Shown here: piece by piece, positions 26,938 to 36,661 of the stretch
Layout: every line of letters starts with the position of its first letter
Numbering within the stretch: position 1 is the first letter of the stretch
Source: Verrucomicrobiota bacterium
GTDB lineage: Bacteria > Verrucomicrobiota > Verrucomicrobiia > Verrucomicrobiales > V1-33
Length of the DNA stretch: 64,000 nt
Direction of reading: 5' to 3'
Assembly (NCBI GenBank): GCA_040387795.1
Contig: JAZKDC010000027.1
Location: 85,845-149,844 of the forward strand
Translations under genes and position numbers: made by a program
The notes under the pieces: model-generated
Told to the model about the DNA's origin: nothing
The model's database searches: none
What the model saw: only the letters and a program-made list of their open reading frames with translations

Positions 26938-29403
26938 TCACGCGCCCGCCGGTTCCAAGGTGCCGAGCGTCACACCCAGTTTTGACTGCGCCTTCAGACT
27001 GCGCCAAAGATCGGCCCCCTCCGCCCGGCCTTCCAGCAGGGCGCGGTAGGTGTGCAGCACGCGGCGCACCCCGGCCGGGTCCTCTTCCAGCAATTCAATC
27101 CGGCAGCGGCGCAACCCAGCGGCGTGAAGCTGCGCGTAATATTGGGCCCCGGTCTGGGCCTGGGCATTGAATAACGTATTCCGGCAGCCGACATCGGCCT
27201 TCAGGGGATGTTCCATGCCGACGCGGTCGCGCAGTTTGACGGAATGTTTTTCACAGGGCCGGCCGCAATCGAGGAAAGTTTTTCCCTGGGACATGAAGGC
27301 CGCAAAAACGCAATGCTCCATGTGAAACATCGGCATGTGCTGGTGCAGCGTCAGTTCGAACCACGATGGCGGAGCGCCCGCCAGCAAACCGAGCACCTGG
27401 GTGATATTCAGATCGTAGGAAACCGTCAGGACATCCAGCCCCTCCTCCTTGAAAAACGCCGCCGTCAGGGGATTGGCGACATTCAGGGAAAAGTCGCCCA
27501 CCGTTTCCAGCCCACGCTTCGTGAACCACGGCACGGCGCCCAGATTCCTCACCAGCACCCCATGCGGATTGGCGCGTTCGATCAGTTTGAAAAAGCCCTG
27601 CTCCCCGGGTTTTTGAATGCGGGGCGTCGCCAGCAGCAGCCGCATCGCGGAGGTGTCGCGGACCCGCTGCACCGCTTCCGCATAACCGCGCACGTCCTCG
27701 AAATCCGCATAGGCCACCGCGATCCCTTCCGCCGCGCAGACCTCCACTTGCTCCAGGGTCCGGCAGAGCACGGAGAGTTCCATCTCGGCAGCGGGAGGTG
27801 GTGCCGGACGGTTCCGGACCGCTTCCAGGAACGGTCCAACCTCCACCACCGGCCGGGTTTCCGCCAGAGTGTCAGGCTTTCCGGAAGACACCGCATCCAG
27901 CCGTTCCACCAACTCCCGGCGCATCCGGTTCAGCTCGCTGACCGGCAGCATCAGGTCGCCGGTGACCCGGTAGTCCACGGCCCCCAAAGCGTAAGCCGTG
28001 CCGCCCAGCCGGCCGAGTTGATCCCGCAGCGTCTCTTCCGTGAGCGGCCGCTTCAGCGCCGGCACCAGCGGCATGGTGGAAACCACTTTGATCTCCCCGC
28101 AGACCAACTCCAGCGGGCTGCCTTCGTTTCCGCCGACCACCACATTCAAGGCCTGCACCGGCTGCCATCCGGCCTCTTTTTCAAAAGTTGCCCGCAGCCT
28201 TTTGTCCAGGGCCGGATCGCTGGTTTTCCAAACCCGGTCGCCCGGCTGAAGCCTGGAAAAATCGACCTTGCCGCGCGCAAACGTCAGACGGTTGCCTATC
28301 ACTTCAAAAACCCGCCCGCCCTGCTCATCATTGGTGTCGCCGCCGGTATCAAAAACCACGCCATCCCCCGCTTTGAGATTGGCTCCCACCGATTCCAGTT
28401 CCACCCAGTCGCGCCCGGCCTGACGGACCCGGCCCACCATGGCGCCCCGTTTTTTGCCGTAACGGGCTCCCACCAATTGCTGGTGGTTCACGCCATGCAT
28501 CCACCCGCTGAACAAGCCCCGGCTGAACGTCATCTCCAAAGCATACCGGTCTTCGGCGGTGGCCATCGGGCCATCCGTTTTTCCGGCGAGGGCGGCATCA
28601 ATAGCCTTGCGGTAAACCGCCGTCACCGCCGCGACGTATTCCGGAGATTTCAGACGGCCTTCGATTTTGAAACTGCGCACGCCCCGCGCCAGCAGGGCCG
28701 GGATTTCCTCCACCGCCGAGAGGTCCTGCGGGGACAACAGATACCGTTTGTCCCCCAGATCCGTCAGCTCGCCATCCACTATCAATTCATAAGGCATCCG
28801 GCAAGCCTGGGCGCACTCGCCGCGGTTGGCGCTGCGTTGCCCGAGACTTTCGCTGGTCAGGCATTGGCCGGAATAGGCCACACACAACGCCCCATGCACA
28901 AAAACCTCCAACGGCACCGTGGTTTCCCGGAAACGCTCCAGCTCGCGCAGCGACAACTCCCGCGCCAGCACGGCCCGGTCCAGCCGGAGCCGGTCGTGCA
29001 TGAAAGCGAGGCCTTCCGGAGAAGTGAGGGTCATCTGCGTGCTGGCATGCAGGGCCAGCTTTGGCGCCACCGCCCGGGCCAGCCGCGCCAGACCGATATC
29101 CTGGACAATGATGGCATCCACCCCCGCCGCTTCGAGGGTGCGGAGCTGCTCCGCGGCGTCCGCCAGCTCGCTGGTGAAAATCAGGGTATTCATCGTCACC
29201 AGACCCCGCACCCCGTGCCCGTGCAGGTATTCCATCAGCCTGGGCAGGTCCTCCTCCGTGAAATTGTCCGCCCTCATCCGGGCATTGAAGCGCGGCATCC
29301 CGAAAAAGATCGCATCCGCCCCATTCGCCACCGCCGCCCGGGCGCACTCCCAGTTCCCCGCCGGGGAAAGGAGTTCCGGAGCCATGTTGTCCTGCATTGT
29401 CAT
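26938..29403 (-). CDS. Peptidase U32 family protein (long, DUF3656-containing form).
   Basis: The N-terminus has ELLSPAGNWECARAAVANGADAIFFG and the Cys-rich CxxC region, as in YegQ/RlhA-like U32 proteins. The length is 822 aa. The start is placed at MTMQDN, which aligns with the duplicated fragment at 30888. Confidence 0.8.
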   Translation of the reverse strand: MTMQDNMAPELLSPAGNWECARAAVANGADAIFFGMPRFNARMRADNFTEEDLPRLMEYLHGHGVRGLVTMNTLIFTSELADAAEQLRTLEAAGVDAIIVQDIGLARLARAVAPKLALHASTQMTLTSPEGLAFMHDRLRLDRAVLARELSLRELERFRETTVPLEVFVHGALCVAYSGQCLTSESLGQRSANRGECAQACRMPYELIVDGELTDLGDKRYLLSPQDLSAVEEIPALLARGVRSFKIEGRLKSPEYVAAVTAVYRKAIDAALAGKTDGPMATAEDRYALEMTFSRGLFSGWMHGVNHQQLVGARYGKKRGAMVGRVRQAGRDWVELESVGANLKAGDGVVFDTGGDTNDEQGGRVFEVIGNRLTFARGKVDFSRLQPGDRVWKTSDPALDKRLRATFEKEAGWQPVQALNVVVGGNEGSPLELVCGEIKVVSTMPLVPALKRPLTEETLRDQLGRLGGTAYALGAVDYRVTGDLMLPVSELNRMRRELVERLDAVSSGKPDTLAETRPVVEVGPFLEAVRNRPAPPPAAEMELSVLCRTLEQVEVCAAEGIAVAYADFEDVRGYAEAVQRVRDTSAMRLLLATPRIQKPGEQGFFKLIERANPHGVLVRNLGAVPWFTKRGLETVGDFSLNVANPLTAAFFKEEGLDVLTVSYDLNITQVLGLLAGAPPSWFELTLHQHMPMFHMEHCVFAAFMSQGKTFLDCGRPCEKHSVKLRDRVGMEHPLKADVGCRNTLFNAQAQTGAQYYAQLHAAGLRRCRIELLEEDPAGVRRVLHTYRALLEGRAEGADLWRSLKAQSKLGVTLGTLEPAGA

Positions 29404-29440
29404 CGGAACCTGTCCCCTGTTTTGGGGGCCCGCGCAACCC
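29226..29440. repeat. Left copy of a ~215-bp direct repeat (U32 promoter plus first ~57 codons). Its partner is at 30710-30925.
   Basis: Direct comparison of the two copies shows ~92-93% identity. The repeats bracket the low-GC segment 29445-30709. Confidence 0.8.
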
Positions 29441-29646
29441 ATTGAAGTCCAAGTGGGCGGCGCGCCTTGGCGTAGAACTCATCGCCAGCACACGACGCTG
29501 CTTGGCAAGCGTTGGAGTCATCAAGGCCGCGAACCACCACGAACGACGGCAACATCGTGGAATCTCCTTCGTAATTTGCATCGCAAATTGAATCTCCAAA
29601 TTGAATCTCTCGCAAATGGATTCAAATTGCTGCTGTAATGTCCCGG

Positions 29647-30567
29647 CTAATTCTCGTAGTTGAGGCTCGTGTTCGACCCGTCGGCACTTTTAGGAAGAGA
29701 TGCGACGTTGTTAAACAGCGCCTCATACCTCGAATCATTTCCCCTGCCCAAAATCCTGGAGGAGTTGACTTTAATTTTCGAGGAAAATGTAATTCCATCT
29801 TTTACAAAAGAATTCTCGTCAGGATCAGCTTCTCGGCTTCTGATTTCGGAATCCACTCTGAGACGGTTTTCACCATTCATTCCTGTTTCATAAGCCAAGC
29901 GAACTTCGGACCCTATGGATTTGAGCATGCCATCGTATCCTGCCAAGTCGCCGACGAATTTAGCTGTAGTGGGATCAAACGACTTTTCGATCTTCTTTTT
30001 GAAATCGGACATCAGTTGCCCCGGATCAAACGGTTTGATGACAATCTCCTCATCCCCGGACGCATTCGAATTCACATAGGCATTTTTCACCTCCTCCGAT
30101 TTAACCGCCGAGACGAAATCATTTACTTCCTTCCTAAGAATTTCCGCGTGTGCAGCATCGAGTTCCAACAACGCAATCACTGCCTCATTAAGACTCAGGT
30201 CCTCCGCGCCAAGCAGGTTCAAATGGGAGCCTCTCGCTATCGATGACCACCTTCGGTATTTGGCTTCTTCCAAGGTATTGTCCAAGGGTTTCACAGCACC
30301 GCTATCAGCGACACGGAAATCATGAGACCTTGGGGGGGATTGGGTGGAGGCCGGGGGCGCCGTTTTCTGATCGTGGCCGGGCTTCGTCTGAGCCACGGAT
30401 GAAAGCGGATTAGCGTTGGAAGGGACTGCGGAGAAAACTTGCTGGTCAGCGAGGTGAGTTAACTCATCTGGCGGAGCCTTGAGTTTGGACGTCACCCACA
30501 ATCCAAGAACCAAAATCAGTACCCCTGCCATTATGAGGCGGTGGACTGGCGTCGTTCGTTGCATCAT
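29647..30567 (-). CDS. Hypothetical membrane-anchored protein (306 aa) encoded on a low-GC insertion.
   Basis: It has an N-terminal TM helix (LIMAGVLILVLGLWV) followed by a hydrophilic Lys/Glu/Ser-rich domain. Local GC is clearly below the surroundings. The gene is flanked by ~215-bp direct repeats. Confidence 0.5.
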   Translation of the reverse strand: MMQRTTPVHRLIMAGVLILVLGLWVTSKLKAPPDELTHLADQQVFSAVPSNANPLSSVAQTKPGHDQKTAPPASTQSPPRSHDFRVADSGAVKPLDNTLEEAKYRRWSSIARGSHLNLLGAEDLSLNEAVIALLELDAAHAEILRKEVNDFVSAVKSEEVKNAYVNSNASGDEEIVIKPFDPGQLMSDFKKKIEKSFDPTTAKFVGDLAGYDGMLKSIGSEVRLAYETGMNGENRLRVDSEIRSREADPDENSFVKDGITFSSKIKVNSSRILGRGNDSRYEALFNNVASLPKSADGSNTSLNYEN

Positions 30568-30681
30568 TTGGAGAGAATGAAATCCTGAAGGAAGAATTTA
30601 AGCAATCACAATTCGCGTCAATTTTGTGATGTGAGTGCCGGGACTTCCTCCAAGGCAGGAAATCCGGTAAAATTCAATTTT

Positions 30682-30888
30682 TCACGCAAATAAGGAGGAA
30701 AGTGGAAAGTGGTATTCCATCAGCCTGGGCAGGTCCTCTTCCGTAAAATTGTCCGCCCGCATCCGGGCATTAAAGCGCGGCATCCCGAAAAAGATCGCAT
30801 CCGCCCCATTCGCCACCGCCGCCCGGGCGCACTCCCAGTTCCCCGCCGGGGAAAGGAGTTCCGGAGCCAAGTTTTCCTGCTTTATCAT
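30682..30888 (-). pseudogene. Duplicated 5' fragment of the U32 peptidase gene (first ~57 codons), truncated.
   Basis: MIKQENLAPELLSPAGNWECARAAVANGADAIFFGMPRFNARMRADNFTEEDLPRLMEY is near-identical to the N-terminus of the U32 gene at 29403. Nucleotide identity is ~93% over ~215 bp and includes upstream non-coding sequence. Homology ends abruptly at 30710. Confidence 0.65.
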
Positions 30889-30982
30889 CGGGACCTGTCC
30901 CCTGCTTTGACGGCCAGTGCAACCCGCGCCATGGCCTGCGGCGGACGAATCCGCCGCAGGCTGGTTGATCGGGTCCGGCGGA

Positions 30983-33019
30983 TTACGCGGCCTTTTTGAG
31001 CTCCGGTTTTTCTTCCTGCACCTGCTGGGTGGCCTGCCAGGTGGTCAGCACGCTCATCAGCGTTTGGAAGAGACTGGTCTGCGGGCTGGCGTTGCCTTCG
31101 CCCTGACCGCCGAGAATGACGAGGCGCTCCGGCACCAGCGGCTGGACGCTCTGGGCCAGTTGGGTCGCCATCAGGTTCATGGCGTAGAGCCGCGGGTCAC
31201 CCAGTGCTTCGACTTTCAATTCACTGACGCGGGCTTCGGCTTCACCGACCTGGGCAATGCGGGAGGCTTCCCCCTGACCGATCAGCACGGCGGCGCGGCC
31301 CTGCCCTTCCGCCAGGGTCACTTCGCGGCGCGCGAGGTTTTCCGCTTCGGCGAGCTGGGCCGCACCCCGGTTGCTGGCGATTTCAATTTCAATCTTGGTC
31401 TGGGTCAGGTGCGTCTGGCGTTCGGCCTGGGCCTGGGCTTCATTCAGTTGTTTCAGCTGGACCGCGGCTTCCTGCTGCTTGCCGAAGGTTTCCTTTTGTT
31501 CCTCGACCAGACGGCGCTGGCGCAACTGGTCGAAGAGGCGCTCGATCGGATCTTCCGTTTGGGTATTGCGGGGATCCGACTCGGGCCGGCCAATCAGGAC
31601 CGCCACGCAGTTGATATCATATTCGAGGAACCGCCGGCCCAGCTCCGCGGTGGCCCGCTTCTGAATATCCTCACGGTGGGTGAGCAGCTCCAGCATGCTG
31701 CTTGATTGCGCCACGTCACGGAAGTAGGCCGTCAGGATCGGATCCAGCGTCTGGCTGATGAGGCGCTTCACATCGCCGAACCGCTGCACCACGCGGGGGG
31801 CCTTTTCGTAATCGATGTGCAGCACGAGGGACAGCGGCAGCAAAGGTTCGTAGGCGTCGGCGGTGATGATGGGAATGCTGGCCAGTTGTTCATCGTAACG
31901 ATGGGTTTCCGTCTGCCCGCTGACCCAGCGCAGGACAAAGTTGACTGTGGGCACCAGTTCAATTTTCAAGGCGTAGGGATTGAGCGCATACTTGCCCGGA
32001 GCGAGGGCCTGCTTCCACACCCCGCGGCTGCCGGAGTTCACCTGCTCGCCATAGCGGAATTGGTTGCCGGTGACGTCCTCGCCGCTTTGGCCGTAGTAGC
32101 TGATGATAACCCCGACGTAACCGATGGGGATCAGGGTCTTCGGTTTCAGATCCACCGTGGCGAACCAGCGGTTGATGAAATAGGTGCCGTCCGTCAGCAC
32201 CTGCAACTGCCGGCCGCGGCGGCCGTTGAGGGACAGGAATTCCTCGATGTCCTGGAAATAATTGTGCCCGCTGTGACCGGCCTCGGCACTGCCGACCTGG
32301 GGGGCGATGAATTCACCTGGATCAAGCGTGGGGCCATCCTGCACGGTGACGATGCCGAGGTTATCCTGCATCGCCAAACCGTTTTCCTGGGCGATCGGGC
32401 TGCGCTCGTCGCGGACCACCGTGGCGGCATCATACCCCACGCGGACAGGGCTGAAACCGCCTCCGCCCATCAACTCCTTCTGCCAGTGCTCGAACTGCGC
32501 CAGTTCCTCCTTCCGGGAAATGCCGGCATAAACGTTCTGCTCACTGATCACGACAAATAACGCCGTATTGATGGCATAGACCCCTTCACGCAAAATGGCA
32601 CGTTGCCGGCCGCGCTGCCCACCTCCGGTGAGAAAGGTGGCGGCGTCCTGGAAGGCATTGCAGGGCACGCTGCGGGCGAGGGTTTGCACTTGCTCCAGCG
32701 GGGCTCCGTCACGGGCATACACGTAGCCGATCCGTCCTTCACCGATGGTGACGAGCGGCACCGTGTGGATGCTGTATTGCCAGAGCGGATAGCCAAAATG
32801 CAGCCCGCCGCGCAGCGGAGTCGCCTGCAGTCCGGCCTCGCCGTTCAGGGCGATGATCCGGCCCTCTTCCAGCGATCCCTTGCCGGACCATAGCTTTTCG
32901 ATGATGCCCACCCGGCTGTGCGGAATATAACGCACGCCAAGGATGAGGTGGATGATGAGCCAGAGCGCCAGAGGCGTGGCCACGATGAACCCGAGCCAGA
33001 ACAGAGTTTGTCCGGTCAT
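30983..33019 (-). CDS. SPFH/band-7 (flotillin / YqiK-like) membrane protein.
   Basis: The start is taken at MTGQTLFWLGFIVATPLALWLII (TM anchor). The SPFH domain is followed by a long EA/Q-rich coiled coil (EAQAQAERQTHLTQTKIEIEIA...), as in flotillins. The 123 codons upstream in the track ORF have leader-like composition. Confidence 0.7.
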   Translation of the reverse strand: MTGQTLFWLGFIVATPLALWLIIHLILGVRYIPHSRVGIIEKLWSGKGSLEEGRIIALNGEAGLQATPLRGGLHFGYPLWQYSIHTVPLVTIGEGRIGYVYARDGAPLEQVQTLARSVPCNAFQDAATFLTGGGQRGRQRAILREGVYAINTALFVVISEQNVYAGISRKEELAQFEHWQKELMGGGGFSPVRVGYDAATVVRDERSPIAQENGLAMQDNLGIVTVQDGPTLDPGEFIAPQVGSAEAGHSGHNYFQDIEEFLSLNGRRGRQLQVLTDGTYFINRWFATVDLKPKTLIPIGYVGVIISYYGQSGEDVTGNQFRYGEQVNSGSRGVWKQALAPGKYALNPYALKIELVPTVNFVLRWVSGQTETHRYDEQLASIPIITADAYEPLLPLSLVLHIDYEKAPRVVQRFGDVKRLISQTLDPILTAYFRDVAQSSSMLELLTHREDIQKRATAELGRRFLEYDINCVAVLIGRPESDPRNTQTEDPIERLFDQLRQRRLVEEQKETFGKQQEAAVQLKQLNEAQAQAERQTHLTQTKIEIEIASNRGAAQLAEAENLARREVTLAEGQGRAAVLIGQGEASRIAQVGEAEARVSELKVEALGDPRLYAMNLMATQLAQSVQPLVPERLVILGGQGEGNASPQTSLFQTLMSVLTTWQATQQVQEEKPELKKAA

Positions 33020-33509
33020 ATGTTGTGTTTTCTCCTGTTTTTTGTGGTGATGGCCCGAACCCCGCACTGCGGAGTGTGGATCAGGCGATGACGTTCCCTG
33101 GAGGAAAAGAGGCGCTACAGCGCTTCCGGGTTTCCTCCGGTTGGACAGGAGGGAGAACGGGGCGTCGCGGAGTCTCTCAGTGATGCTGACGGAGTTAGCT
33201 GTCGGGCTGGAGCCACTAAGTGCCCCCGACGCCGCAGGCGTCGTTCGCCCCAAGTTGCCGCCGGCAAATGAGCTGGCGGAACGGGATTTGGGTCCCCCGT
33301 GGTCCCGGCGGCGAAGCCGGAACCTTAAGCTGACAAAGAACTGCCCAAGGATAGGGCCGGTTTTTGAAAATGCAAATGAGGTCCGCACAAGTCCCTCAAC
33401 ATGAACGCCAAACTCCTGAACAATAGTCAGCTTTCCAAGCCGGAACCTACGCCAAAAGCATCATTACGGAATGGCGTTGAGGTATCGGCGTCCAACCAGG
33501 CGGGACAGT

Positions 33510-34517
33510 TCATCTCACTGGGACCAGCGGTGTGACAGAGGCCGTGGCGGCAATGGCTTGACGCAGTTCTGCGAGCATCTTTGGGATTTCGACGAACGAA
33601 TCATAGCCCTTCCGTTTCATCGACAGGGTCTCGATGGGCACATACCCGCGGTAGCCGGACTGGCGGATGAGTGTGACCAGCTTTTTCATGTCCGTGAGGG
33701 GGGAATCTGTGGAGCTGCCGGTGGTTTCCTTGATCTGCCAGTTCACGGCATACGGGGCCACCTGGGCAATGTCGGCGTAGGGATCGGTTGTCAGGTATTT
33801 GCCAGTATCCACGAGCGCGGCGCACCATTCGTGGTCGACGCGGTTCAGCAGGCTGAGGTGTTCCGCACCGGTATTGATGAAGTCGCCATGGTTTTGCACC
33901 CCTACGATGACGCCAAATTTCTTGCCGTGATCCGCGCACCCTCGCAGATCATCGGCCAGCCAGGCTTCCACCTCCGCCCGCAGGGCATTGCCGCTGGCCT
34001 GCTGCCAGTTTTTGAACGGCGGCTGGGAATCAGCAAAGGCCCGGATCACGGGAGCTCCCAGTTTGGCAGCGACTTCGATCCAGGTCTTGAGGCGCTGCAC
34101 CCCTTCGGCGCGGACAGATTTGTCGGCGGTGGTGAAGTCGTTGCGGACGCCGGTGCCGCTGATTTCCAGACCGAGATTGAAGGCGTGGCGCTTCAGCTTG
34201 TAGAGATAGGCATCATCAGGGGCCTTCGGGTAGCCGGGGAAAAAGTAGCCGGTGAAGTCCACTGCCTCAAAATCATGTTTGGCGCAGAAGTCGCAGACCT
34301 GGAACAAATCCACTCCTTTGGCAGGGTCCTTGTCGTTGGCATTGAGCAGCTCCAGAAAGGAGTAGGCGTTCAGGGAGGTCTTCAACAAAGCGCCTCCCGT
34401 GCGGGAAACCGGAGCGAGCGCGGCCGGGGCCGTCACGACCGGAAAGCCGGCACCGGCAGCCATGGGCAGCAGGGCGGCGTGCTTGAGAAAGGAGCGGCGG
34501 GTGGCGGGAAAGGACAT
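33510..34517 (-). CDS. TAT-exported sugar phosphate isomerase/epimerase (xylose-isomerase-like TIM barrel).
   Basis: Twin-arginine signal MSFPATRRSFLKHAALLPMAAGAG. A TIM-barrel motif pattern follows (GVQNHGDF..., IETLSMK...). Confidence 0.65.
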   Translation of the reverse strand: MSFPATRRSFLKHAALLPMAAGAGFPVVTAPAALAPVSRTGGALLKTSLNAYSFLELLNANDKDPAKGVDLFQVCDFCAKHDFEAVDFTGYFFPGYPKAPDDAYLYKLKRHAFNLGLEISGTGVRNDFTTADKSVRAEGVQRLKTWIEVAAKLGAPVIRAFADSQPPFKNWQQASGNALRAEVEAWLADDLRGCADHGKKFGVIVGVQNHGDFINTGAEHLSLLNRVDHEWCAALVDTGKYLTTDPYADIAQVAPYAVNWQIKETTGSSTDSPLTDMKKLVTLIRQSGYRGYVPIETLSMKRKGYDSFVEIPKMLAELRQAIAATASVTPLVPVR

Positions 34518-34524
34518 GGGAAGT

Positions 34525-36033
34525 TCAGGGAAGGAGGTGACGATAGCTGACGAAGGCGATTTTGGTGCTGTCAGGTGACCAGGAGGGAACATTCAGGGTG
34601 CCCTGCCCGCCGAAGAGGGTGGCGATGACCTTGGGTTTGCCACCGGTTGCGGGCATGAGGCGGAGCACCACGTTTTTATCGGAGGGATGGCCTTTCACGC
34701 TTTGATCGAAGGATACAAACACGATCCATTTTCCGTCCGGGGAAGGATGGGGAAACCAGTCGGCGTAGGCTTCGTCGGAAGTGATCTGTTCCTGGCCGGT
34801 GCCATCCGGTTTCATGCGCCAGAGTTTGGCAGGACCGTGACGCTCGGAGTGGAAGAAAATGGTTTGCCCATCCGGGCTGTATTCCGGGCCATCGTCGAGT
34901 CCGGCGGCATCGGTGAGACGGGTTTCGGGGCCGCCGGCGGAGGGAATGGTGTAGACGTCGTAGTTCTCGTGGCGCTTCGCACAATAAGTCAGGGTTTTCC
35001 CATCCGGAGACCAGCCGTGCCAGTAGGAAGGGCCGGTGGGCGTGATCTCCCGGGCTTCCCCGCCGGTGGCTGGCACGATGTAAATCTGCGATCCGTTTTC
35101 CCCGGATCCGGAACTGATCGCCAGCCATTTTCCGTCAGAGGAAAGGCCATGGTCATTGTTATTCTTCACGGCCACTCCGGTATCCAGTTTGGCAGGCTCC
35201 CCGCCGGCCACAGGAATCGTCCAGATGCTGCCGGTCCGGTTGAAATAAAACAGCTTGCCGTCCGGAGACCAGTTGGGGGCTTCAAACAGGCTGCGGTCGC
35301 GGTAAACGATTTTGCGTTCTGATGTCGCGATGGCGAGCGTCTCCAAGGTCGTTTCTCTTACCCTCTTTTCACCGTTCGCGGCGACCCGGTGGGTGAGCTG
35401 GACATTGGAAATCAGTGCCGTTTCCAGGTTGGCCGCATTGTGGGCTCCGACGGCAATGCCCACATAAACCGGATCCGGCATCGCCAGGGAAACCGCGCCG
35501 ATGGGTTGAAAGGGACCGCCATCCTTGGACACTGACGCCGTGAAGACGTCGCCATCGCGCTCCAGTTTTACGGTGGCCGGAGCCTGCACCGGGGTGCGGG
35601 CGGCGAGGGTGGTGGCGCCTTTTGCCATGCGGTATTGCATCTCGATCAATCCGTCGCCATGCACCGCCACGTCGACATAAGGAGAGTCGGGGTCCATGCT
35701 TTGACGGACCATGGCGCAGGCCTTGCGGTGCGGTTCCTTGCCCGCGGCCTCCCAGCCGGTGTCCATGCTGAAGACGAGGTCTCCCGACATGGTTTTGGAA
35801 AGAAACTGGAAGGCATCCTCGGCGAACCAGATGTTTTTGCCGCTGCCGGTGATGCGATACTGATTTTTGTCAGGAAGGAAAGCGGACGACCCCTTCAAAT
35901 CAATTTTGCCAATGTCGGCCGCGCTTTCAAAAATGCCGATGGCCTGCGCAGGGGCGGAGTGGGCGGCTGACACAAGGCCGAAGCCAAGGGCGAACTTGGC
36001 CATGGGGATCATTGAGCTGGAAAGAAATTTCAT
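34525..36033 (-). CDS. Secreted PD40/TolB-like beta-propeller repeat protein.
   Basis: Signal peptide present. Repeated WSPDGK / YSPDGQ / PSPDGKW / WSPDSTK motifs are typical of PD40 (WD40-like beta-propeller) repeats. It is separated by 7 bp from the downstream isomerase gene. Confidence 0.65.
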   Translation of the reverse strand: MKFLSSSMIPMAKFALGFGLVSAAHSAPAQAIGIFESAADIGKIDLKGSSAFLPDKNQYRITGSGKNIWFAEDAFQFLSKTMSGDLVFSMDTGWEAAGKEPHRKACAMVRQSMDPDSPYVDVAVHGDGLIEMQYRMAKGATTLAARTPVQAPATVKLERDGDVFTASVSKDGGPFQPIGAVSLAMPDPVYVGIAVGAHNAANLETALISNVQLTHRVAANGEKRVRETTLETLAIATSERKIVYRDRSLFEAPNWSPDGKLFYFNRTGSIWTIPVAGGEPAKLDTGVAVKNNNDHGLSSDGKWLAISSGSGENGSQIYIVPATGGEAREITPTGPSYWHGWSPDGKTLTYCAKRHENYDVYTIPSAGGPETRLTDAAGLDDGPEYSPDGQTIFFHSERHGPAKLWRMKPDGTGQEQITSDEAYADWFPHPSPDGKWIVFVSFDQSVKGHPSDKNVVLRLMPATGGKPKVIATLFGGQGTLNVPSWSPDSTKIAFVSYRHLLP

Positions 36034-36560
36034 GGCAAGGGATGCAGAGTCTGGTCTGAAGGATCAAAAGGATATGGATTCCCGGAGTTTGCCAAGCTAA
36101 TACCGGCCGGACGGAACCTATCTTTTGCCGGGGTTGGAAGCAGCGGGCGGCAGTGCACTCATGCTGATGGTTCTTCCTTGGTTGCCCTCGAAAACGACCT
36201 TGGTGGGTTGGGTTCTTTTGACCACAGCCCGCAGCTGCACCCGCAGCCCCGGCCAGCATCAATCACCACGCCGAATCACCCCGGAAAACCACCCCATCAG
36301 GGGCAGTTTTAATTGTCGTGGCACATCCGGGCCCGGCACTTCTTTTCCATACCCTCCTCATGGCGCCCTCCCCCCACCCGGAATCGACCTTCGGCCGCGC
36401 CAGCGGGGACGCTGCCTATTGACACCTCCGGTAAATTTTTGAGAGAATCACTTCCTCTCGCCCGAAAACCCTCCTGAAGCGCATCTTTCGGATACCAAGG
36501 GAGTCACCTCCCCCCACATGCCAGCATTCTCCCCCCGCTTTTGGTCCTGATCGGCCCATC

Positions 36561-36600
36561 CTGCCCCACCCTGCCCCACCCTGCCCCACCCTGCCCCCGC
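36561..36600. repeat. Tandem decamer repeat (ctgccccacc x3 plus a degenerate copy) in the 5' leader of the giant LTD/CotH gene.
   Basis: This is read directly from the sequence. It lies ~60-100 bp upstream of the ATG at 36662. Confidence 0.8.
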
Positions 36601-36661
36601 CTCCTGCCGGGCTGACTCAACTTTACCCCCCGCGCCAAGTTCCGGCGCGATCAAGCACCCC

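Noticed and set aside
27208-29445. 745-aa plus-strand ORF.
   Set aside because: It is antisense to the U32 peptidase gene. The product is His/Arg/Pro-rich and matches no family.
31706-34550. Plus-strand ORFs 31706..32560 and 33471..34550.
   Set aside because: They are antisense shadows of the flotillin-like and TAT isomerase genes.
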